From the NCBI RefSeq assembly GCF_009914755.1, contig NC_060933.1: DNA of 64,000 nucleotides; one strand, given 5' to 3'. Positions within the stretch are counted from its first letter, which is position 1. Each line of letters starts with the position of its first letter. Source of the DNA: the human T2T-CHM13v2.0 reference genome, Homo sapiens. Below, piece by piece: positions 51,321 to 64,000 of the stretch. Position numbers and translations under genes: made by a program. The notes beneath the pieces are model-generated. The model was not told the DNA's origin, searched no databases, and saw only the letters and a list, made by a program, of their open reading frames with translations.

Positions 51321-51938
51321 TGTATTAGTCTGTTTTCACGCTGCTGATAAAGGCATACCCAAGACTGGGCAATTTACAAAAGAAAGGTTTATTGGGCTTA
51401 ACAGTTTCATGTGGCTGGGGAAGCCTTGCAACCCTGGCAGAAGGCAAGGAGGAGCAAGTCACGTCTTACATGGATGGCAGCAGGCAAAAAGAGAGAGAGC
51501 TTGTGCTTTATTTTTATTTTTGTTGTGCATATATGTGTATGTATTTATTTATTTATTTATTTTTATTTTAAGTTCTGGGATACATGTGCAGAACATGCAG
51601 TTTCGTTACATAGGTATACATGTCTCATGATGTTTTGCTTCACCTATCAACCTGTCATCTAGGTTTTTAAGCCCTGCATGCATTAGGTATTTATTCTAAT
51701 GCTCTCCCTCCCCTTTCCCCCAACCATGACAGGCCCTGGGTGTGTGATGTTCCCCTCCGTGTGTCCATGAGGAACTCCTCTTTTTAAAACCATCAGATCG
51801 TGTAAGACTTATTCACTATCACGATAACAGCATGGGAAAGATTTGCCCCCATGATTCAATTACCTCCCACCAGGTCTCTCCCACAAAATATGGGAATTCA
51901 AGATGAGATTTCGGTGGGGACACAGCCAAACCATATCA
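51321..51938 (-). mobile_element. THE1 5' LTR containing an L1PA 3' fragment (51509-51769)
   Basis: tgtattagtctgttttcacgctgct...ccaaaccatatca. Confidence 0.88.
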
Positions 51939-52309
51939 AGTCCCTAGAGTGAGTAGGTGGGTGGAGCTTATAATTACTGGATTGGAAGCTCATCAATATC
52001 TTTTAAGATTTATATGTCATAATTTGTCCAGCATCTGAGTACTTTGTAGCATGAAATGCTTCATGTTACAATGAAGTATTAGTCTCACATATTATAGGCG
52101 CTGTCTTCATTTTCTGTTGCTGCATAATGAATTACCATAAATTCAGCTGCTTAAAATAATACGAATCTATTATCTCACAGTTTTAGTTGCCTGGGCACAA
52201 CAATTTAGGTGTTGTCTGAGGTAACTTAGGGTTTCTGAGTCATATTCCTCATTTTCTTCTGTCTTCCTTCCACTGCCTAATTATGAAGCCACTCCTAGTC
52301 TCAATTATA

Positions 52310-53280
<971 letters not shown>

Positions 53281-54198
53281 ACATGTTGTTTCCTAAAATT
53301 TTCTCTTGAGTTGATTTAATACTATATTATTTTATTTTTGGGGGCAAAAGATATATAAAGTATTACAAATATTAATTTACTCAATGTAAATTTGGAGTGC
53401 CATTAATTGTTCCTCATGGCCTAAAAGGCTTAAAGCCCTGATAATAATCTCATTATAATAAACAACTTTGCAAGACACTGAATTGGTCCACTGACCTTTG
53501 TTTCAATTCATATGTCTTCAAAAATTCATCCCTCAATGTAAACAATCATAATAGACTCAACAGTCCAGAGAAATGGTGTAAATGGTGTACAAACTTCAAG
53601 AAGAGCTGTGTGTGTCTTTGTGTGTGTTTGTGTGTGATCACAAAACCTAGATATATGTTAACATGAAATATTATGGAAGAAAATTAATTTAAGGAAGTGA
53701 GGTGGAAATGCAAACACAGAAACCAAAAGATGGAACTGTCCCCACAAATTTTAGAAATAGATTGTGTTCCAAACATCAAATAAAATCAAGCCACAGAAAG
53801 GAAGAAAATACTAAATACACAAGTAAAATTTGCTGTTTTTCTCTCAGTCTCTATTTATTTTGTTTTCCACATGCTTTAAGTTGATCACTGTTTCCTTTAC
53901 TCAGCAATGCAGAAGAGATGAGTGATAGGAAGAAATTACCATGGCAAATCATGAATAGATTGATAACAGCTAGTGACTACTTTGCAAGTAGTTATTTGAA
54001 ACTACTTGCAAAGTAGACCGGGTAAAAATTTATATAACAAAATGCAAAAATTGAGTAATTAACCGCTGAGTTATAAGAATTTGACTTAACCCTGATAATT
54101 CCTGTTGAACAAGGACATTGGGTGTTCTTCTATTAATTCCTTAATCATGACTCGTAGATTGAAAATGAGAAACACTTCTTGATAGATAAAACACAGAT

Positions 54199-54534
<336 letters not shown>

Positions 54535-54855
54535 CTATGGGCCAAATTTTCTTAGCTATGCTTGAAGTAAACTTTGACAACTAATCACTCTTTATTTTAT
54601 TTAAGAATTCCCAACCAGGAGTAAAAGTCCAAACCTGACTTATAAGGCATATAATTTAAAAAATAATAAAGTGAAATAACTTAATACAAATAACAAAATG
54701 TTGAAGGTAGGCATGTTAAATCCACACTATCAGATTGGGTTTTAAAGAGAAGGAGAGGAGACTTCAAGCATTTAGAAATCAATAGGAAAAAGATTGTTCT
54801 ATTTTTATACCATAATGCAAAGGAGGCAGAGTGATTTTAAGAACATTGAAGTTAA

Positions 54856-55262
<407 letters not shown>

Positions 55263-55374
55263 TTAGATAAATTGAATCAGTGGCTTATTCTTGAAGGTAT
55301 AGTAGCAAATGAGATGACTGTTAAGTAACAAACAACTTTTTGTTTGACATAGTTGAAGTTAGTACCATCTGTGT

Positions 55375-56042
55375 GCAAGAGACACCGTTCCTATCACACA
55401 GATAGCATGGGAAATACCTGCCTGCATGATTCAATTACCTCACACCAGGTCCCTCCCACGACACGTAGAAATTCAAGATGAGATTTGAGTGGGTGTGAGA
55501 AATCTACTCATCCATCCAAACCCAAAGAATGGACTTAGAGGCATGAAGAAAAGCGAAAGTGAGACTTAATAATGGTCTTGCAAGATTGGGTGTCTGGTAG
55601 GTAGGTACATCTGGGGCAGTCACAACAAGTAATTTATCTTCTAGTACGCAAGTCCCTCCCCAAGTTCCTCATTGGTTGAGTGCTATGGGGTTACAATTTT
55701 CCTGGATGTCACCTACGTTTCATTATCCCCCTTATAAGGTTATATCTCGGTCCTCTTTCTTGCTTGTTTCAATTTCCCAATAATGAAACTTTTTTCCCTT
55801 TTATGGGCTGACCCCTCCTTTTCATTGTTTGCTTACTGTGACCTTCTAGGTGCATGAGCAGTGCGGTTTGTTAAATTTGCAGGCTGGCTTCCAGTACTTT
55901 TGATTTATCATGCCTTGAAAATGGACCATTTAAAATGGTTTCTCATAAATTCCCTCCTCTTTTCTATTTATTTCCTTTGGTCTTCTTTTTATTTAAACCC
56001 TTTTGGTCTTTGAATCACTGGGGACGCAGCCAAACCATATCA
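55375..56042 (-). mobile_element. THE1/MST LTR fragment interrupted by an ERV LTR plus PPT (55494-56018)
   Basis: gagatttgagtggg | tgtgagaaa...tctcata aattccctcctctttt... | tggggacgcagccaaaccatatca. Confidence 0.7.
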
Positions 56043-56666
56043 GCATTTAAACACTGTTTCCTTATTAGGTAATCTGGATAATAAAACTCGCTCTTTCTAC
56101 AATATGCCACATAAAATGGAAGTATAGATGTGACACTGTCATTAAATCTGTGAATTATATGTCATTATTTTTCTAAAACACATAAATCGTAGTGAAGTTA
56201 TTCCATCTCAGAGACGGCCCATTTAACTATAATAAACTTCTAGGTATTCATTATATACTGTATTTTTTATCATCAAATCACTGATCAGATATTTTCCTTA
56301 ATGATTTATTCTTCCATTTGACAAATAGATTTTGGGGCAAGTTCTTTGTTAGGTGTTGGCGTGGTAGCAGTGAAGAAAATTCAGCACTCGGGGACCCTGC
56401 TGTCTAATTGGGAAGAGCACATCGGGGGACACACAGACATGGGAACGTGCAGGGTTTTTAGAACTGAGAGACCCAATTGAGGCTCTCAGCAAAGTCATTT
56501 TTCAGGAAGTGGCATTTAAGCTGAGACCTAAATGATGATTTGTAGCCAGGAAAGAAATCCAGAGAGGGGGAGGGGAGACCACATAAGCAAAGACCTTGTG
56601 TCAGGAAAGAACTTTATACCAGAGACGGATGGAGGATGAGAGTGGAAGTCAGAAAGGCGGGGGCTG

Positions 56667-57004
<338 letters not shown>

Positions 57005-58062
57005 TCACTGAGGCCTGAGGCTGCACAGGGAGCTGGATGGTGTCTTTGGAGGAAACAAAGACAAAGAGGTTCAAAGCTGCTCAAAGGTCTTGCAGGAAAG
57101 TGATAAAGTCAGATTTGCATCTTTTGAAAGGTCATGTTAGCATCTTTTAAAAGGTCATTTATAGGAGTCTGCCCCAGTACTGCACTGCATATGCCACATT
57201 GATTAATGGCAAACACCACTTGGGCCCTATTTCCTGCACATCGAACTTGTAATACAGCATGCTCTGCCATGATGGGGACAGTACGAGATAGTTCATTATG
57301 GGAAGACATGAGAACCTCCTTTGTCTTGAACATGAGATGGAGATGTGGAGATGTTAGGAAAATTAGCAGAAAGCAAGCGACTTCTTTACTGAGATCTGGA
57401 GAATGAAAAGAATCAGGTAGTAAGGAAATGATAGGTGGGTGTAAAGGGAATGTGGCAGGTGTCTGAGGTGGTGTGGGCAGAGCCCATGAAGCTAGAAAAA
57501 TCATTCTTGTTCAGAGCGAAAATTGATTCAGTGTTTCTGAATAGTTGAATATTCTGCTCCATGAACTGCTTCCGAGTCTGGAAGGGGCATGGAATATGAG
57601 ATGACATTGAAGATCAACTCGGGCATAAAGAATTTGGGATTTAATCCAAAGGCAAGGAGGAGCTCTTACAGTATCTGAGGGGCACATTTAAGAGCAAGAC
57701 AGATTATTTTTCAGAGAATCTGGTGTACATTTTGGAAGGATACCCCTGACTGCAGTGTAATTCCAACATGAAGGGATTAGGACTTGAGGCAGGTGGCGTA
57801 CATAGGATGCAGAAACTTATGCCAAGGATGATGGCACCCTAAGCAAGATGCCAGTCATCCAGACAGAGAAGAGTGGGCACATTCAAAATGTATTAAGAAT
57901 GTGGCATCCACAGGGCTTAGAGTGCCACTGAGCGTCAACAGTCTGGAATATGTGTTTTAGCAACTGATAGGATGTTGCTGTCAAGATAGGGGACGCTAGA
58001 GAATAAGACAGCTTTGGACGAGAACAAAGGAGGTAATACTGGTTTCAAACAGACTGAGTATT

Positions 58063-58360
58063 GCACGCCTGTAATCCGGGCACTTTGGGAGGCCGAGGGG
58101 GCGTGGGGGTGGATCACCTGACGTTAGGAGTTCGAGACCAGCCTGGCCAATATGGTGAAACCCCGTCTCTACTAAAAATACAAAAATTAGCCGGGCACGG
58201 AGGCACCTCACCTGTAATCCCAGCTACTCTGAGGCTGAGGCAGGAGAATCGCTAGAACCCAGGAGACAGAAGTTGCGAAGGTTGCAGTGAGCCAAGATTG
58301 TGTCACTGCACTCCAGCCTGGGTGATTCCGTCTCAAACAAACAAACAAACAAACAAACAA
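58063..58360 (+). mobile_element. AluS, slightly 5'-truncated
   Basis: TSD aaa(c/t)agactgagtatt. Confidence 0.92.
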
Positions 58361-58772
58361 ATAGACTGAGTATTAATGGTCCGTGGCTCATGCAAGTGGA
58401 GGTGTCTGGTTAGCAGTTTGATATGAAAGACTGAGCTCCAGAGAGATCTCATAACTTGGGAATATGTTTTACTCCATACATATTCAGGTAAGACTAAAGA
58501 TCCTGGGATTTTGGAGTCATGGGGGAAAGTGATATTATTCCTGAGCACTTGCTAGGAACTATCCCCAGGTTGCCTCAGGACCAGCCCCTCTCACTACAGT
58601 AACCCCATAAAGCAGTGCCTACACTTTACATTTTATGGGTTCGAAACCAGCTCAGTGGGACTTAGTTAACTGCCCACAGTCAAGTGTCAGCATCAAAACT
58701 GGAGTCTCACCCAAAGCCAGCTGACCCCAAAGCTCACACTCCTGTAAGATGTAATTGCTTAAGAGATCTTAG

Positions 58773-59103
<331 letters not shown>

Positions 59104-60587
59104 TCCTCATTTTCTTTAACAGATGTTTTTGGTTAAAACTCCTGAGTTGATTTGTTTTCATTACTCAAAGCATAATACAGCAACAATGATTAAGAACAAA
59201 GACTCCAGAGCCTTACAAAGCTCCCTGCTCACTGAACGTGGGCTCTGGGTGAAATCCCTTAACCTCATTGTGCCTGAGTTTCCTCATCTGGAAAATTATG
59301 AGTTCTCACTTCAGAGAGATGCACTGAGTGTGCATGCACAATAAGTGCTGTTTTATTTTTACTAATGTACATATTTGTAGACCACAAATGCATTTTTATA
59401 AAAGTTTCAAACAATGTCTAAGTTTAGCTAGTAAATTTCTCTAAACACACTGTGTTGTCTGGCTGCATTCTAGCATCAATGGAATATTACTTTATGCATT
59501 ATTATCTGACTTCCTTTCTTCTCTCATGTCATTTCTGTCTTGGTGATCTCTCCGTGTCACGCCGTAGCTAGGTTTCTCTCCTACTTTCTCACAGCTGCAC
59601 CCTGCTAGATAGCAAGGATTCAGAATGATTTTTCTATCCCTCACTGATAACATTCTAGAGAGTTGTCAGGTTTTTAGAAATTATTATTACAAACAGTGCT
59701 GCAGTAAACATTCTACTACATATTAGGGGGATGTTTTGTCCTTATTTGAGAATTTCTGTAAGAAAAATGCCTATGTCCTAACACCGGATGTAAAACATAT
59801 AAATAGTTTATGCTAGAGCAAGAGGTTCATATACTGAGTGTTTCTAAAATATTTTTTTGATTTAATAGTTTATTACTTTCATTGTGTAACTGTACATGCT
59901 CCAAGTACATTCTACAGGAAAATCTCAAACACTTCAGGAAAGCAGTAAACATTACCATAATGTGATAAAATTGGTATTTTATTAATTTTAAATTATATTT
60001 CTAACACATAAGCCATATTACCCTTGACAAGGTACTCTTGTTAGGAGTCAGACAAATTTATGAATGTGTGCAATCTCTATTCTATTTCTGTCTAGAACTA
60101 TATTTCTTTAAAAACTAGTAGCTCACATTCTTAGCAAACTAACATAGAGAAAAGAATAGAGGTTTTCAAGTTGGAAGATCTTAATCAGTGTGGTTTTTAA
60201 AGTTTCACCTTATTGAGTTGAATGAACAATGGGAGATCATAGTATTAATTATTCAAAAGTGATTAATGCAGGTTAAATGCCAATAGGCTGGAAGAGCATG
60301 TAAATGCATCGCTAAGCTCTTAGCAACTATAAAGATTTGTTTGTTTACATATTTCACCATATGGATATCATTGAACTCTTCAGCCTTATAATGGATATTT
60401 TGTGAATAAAATATTATTTTGCAAGAAATAAAAAATAGTGTTTGTCTTTAAGCATTGCACTGTTGAGACTACATTTACTCAATAGTTCAAAAAAGGTAAT
60501 TTAGTGCTAGGAATATCATCTCCCCTGAGCATAGCTGCAATATGCTCTATACACAGGGAATTATCTGTTTTAAGATTTGGTATAATG

Positions 60588-60915
<328 letters not shown>

Positions 60916-61658
60916 TCATATAATGAGGCAGCTGCTTTTAACTGGAATGCAATAAATCCTCACATACTTTCGAAAGACTGACTTTGGTGAGATAGCATAC
61001 TAGGCATAGAGAGACAGGGACCTCACTTTCAGGATTGTCACAACTCAGTGCCTGACATAGGCATGTAGGCAAACCTCATGCCGGGAAGTTCAGAAAAGGG
61101 AGGAAATAATGCGTGGCAAAGGAGGCCAGGAAACACTCCATCTTACAGCTCTGTAAATCAGAGGTCTGCCACAGTCTTTCTGGGCTAACGTCTGTGCGTC
61201 ACTCGGACTATCATAGACTCAACATTCTTTAAAGACCTGAAATTGCAAATTATTTTATTTCCTGGTGCAAAACCAGGTGCCCGTCACCCACCCATCACCC
61301 AACACACATACACTTCTTTTGCAAATTGCTACAGTTACAACAAAGTTGTGGTCAATTTGCAGTAACAATTAAAGATGTCCATAGGTGTGAAGAGCTGAGG
61401 TAAGGAAAGTCACATTCTCCTTATATGAGCCTGACTCACAAAGGACTTACTGTGAAGGAAGGTGAGAGAGTCCTGGAGAGGCTACATGAGATTGCTGAGC
61501 CCTTTCAGAACCCACTTCTCAGGCATTGCTGGTTGCATGAGGTTACAGTTTATTGGACCTGCCCCATTACCTGGTGGAGTGACCTGTGCATCTCTTCGAA
61601 TCTCCCAGAAAGAGATTTGGGCTCATGGGGCCTGAGGGCCTGAGAGGCTGCTCCATAA

Positions 61659-62324
<666 letters not shown>

Positions 62325-63217
62325 CACTATGGGGCACTTCTAAGGACTTTTGGGCTTTGGAGAATACCAACCTAGCAGAAATGGTTCCTTTTGGAAAGGA
62401 CATTGGATGACATCAAATGCTCAGCATAAAGTATATGCTTTGGGTACCTGTCACTCTTCTAGGTTACCCTCATGAAAATTGTATGAGGAAGTTATTGTGG
62501 AGAAGTGATGAGGCGGGGTCATAGAGAGAACAGGGACTAAGAGGGTGCAAGAAGTTGGGGAAGTTGCAGAGCTAGGTGACAGAGGAGCATAGCAGAAGAA
62601 AAAGCCTCGGTGTTGGGAGAAAACATGAAGAAAAAATAAGTTCTGTGCTTGGTCTTATGATATGAACTGCCTGATGCTGGTGGCATGAGGGAAGGTTGCT
62701 TTAGCTATAAACGTACAACATCCATCAATATTCCACAGTACTCCACATTGTCTTTCTCCAAGCACTCTCCAGAGAAACAGACACCACTCATCAGTGGGAG
62801 AAAACTGAAGCATTTTGTAGAAGAATCTCCAATTATAAAGAGTCAATGAATGGATCCTTTTTATACGTGAGACTCCTGACCACATTGCATCTCGAAGGCA
62901 CCTTGTTATCATTGTCATGTGACAGTTTTTGAATCTGGTGTTTTTCTTTCTGCAATAGTAAGGCCAATCCTGCAGGGACCGAAGTCTGTGCAATCACTGT
63001 GAAACACAGCTGGAAATAAGGCAGGAAGAACTTACAGAGCTCAAACGTGCCCATCAGAATATTTCGAAACATAAGTTACAGTATAGGAATTCTCCCCTAA
63101 AGTCTCCAAACTGGAGTGAGAACAGCTGAATCACTTTCATGATACAAAAACATTCGCAGAATCTCTATGAAATTATGAAAATTAAATTCTAAGGTGCATT
63201 TTCATAAATGGGGTGGT

Positions 63218-63812
63218 TGCTGTGTTTATTTTCTGTTGCTGCAAATTTTGCCACAGACTCACTGGCTTAAAATGATATGCATTTATTATGTCATATGTCT
63301 CCCGATCCATGGGAGTCTGCTTGGGGTCTCGTGAGGTTGGAATCAAGATGTTGCCTGGATACATTCTCATCTTGGAGGCTCAGCCAGGGAAAGAGCTGCT
63401 TCCAAGACCCCTCAGGTTATCAGCAGAATTTGTTTCCTTGTGATTGTATGACTCAGTATGCACCATCTTCCTAGCTGCCAGCTGCAGACCCCTCTCAGCT
63501 TCCAGAGATTCCTCTCAAGGCCTCCCCACGCGGCCTTGCATCTCAGCAGCAGAGAAACTCTCGCATCATCAACTCTCTCAGGCTTCTCACCTCTCCGACT
63601 TCTTCAAAGTTCTGATTAAGTCAGGTGCACCTCTGATTAAGTCAATGCACTCAAATAATATCCCTATCTTAGTGACAATTGTGCCATACAAATGACCTAA
63701 TTACAGGAGTCAAACACATTATATTCATGGTTCCCGGGGTTAGGCAGGGTTTGTATGCCAGGTGGATGGGATATCGCCTTGGGAGCGCCATCTTTAGAAT
63801 CCTGCCTACCAC
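63218..63812 (-). mobile_element. MLT1E/F-type MaLR LTR
   Basis: ttttctgttgctgc...ggcttaaaa...ccatctttagaatcctgcctaccaca. Confidence 0.75.
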
Positions 63813-64000
63813 AAATCCCAATTCTATAACACAAAAGGCCTGAGTGCTTCATCGCCATCACAGCAGGAGGTATAAGTTTCCCAGATACCCAAAGGTATCT
63901 GCTGTCTGTCTCCACCTAACATCCTATGTTCATACCAGGTGGTGAAAAATCCACTCATCATCCATACCATTCAGAAGCATACAGCCTGGATTTTGTCATT

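Noticed and set aside
50856-51630. 146-aa and 188-aa ORFs, among the longest in the window
   Set aside because: They derive from THE1 internal/LTR sequence and its antisense strand.
61350-61362. ggtcaatttgcag, matching the LQID motif of CNTNAP exon 3
   Set aside because: 13-nt match with non-matching flanks.
62655-63072. Two overlapping non-repeat ORFs (112 and 79 aa) with splice-like sites
   Set aside because: No recognisable protein similarity; may be an ancient repeat or neutral sequence.

Overview
Eukaryotic, almost certainly human, genomic DNA: two AluYa5 copies, about 40 Alus, plus MaLR, ERV1, Tigger, Charlie, L1, L2 and MIR relics. There is no intact protein-coding gene. Most of the supplied ORFs are Alu or THE1 artefacts and none of the rest looks like an intact gene. 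The main non-repeat signal is a heavily decayed, intron-containing CNTNAP3/CNTNAP4 (Caspr family)-like pseudogene on the minus strand. Four exon relics are recognisable, in the correct order (equivalents of exons 5, 6, 8 and 14, between 43.5 kb and 6.8 kb), with stops, frameshifts and broken splice sites. A 2.6-kb GC/CpG-rich island at 48.4-50.9 kb looks like a retroposed 3'UTR with no CDS: ATTAAA plus poly(A), inserted into a THE1 internal region whose remainder is deleted. Also present are several minus-strand exon-like segments (a possible transcribed pseudogene or lncRNA), multi-level nested transposon stacks, inverted Alu pairs and a perfect 17-bp hairpin. Protein comparisons and repeat subfamily names come from recalled sequences, not database searches. 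Repeat boundaries are approximate unless target-site duplications (TSDs) are quoted.
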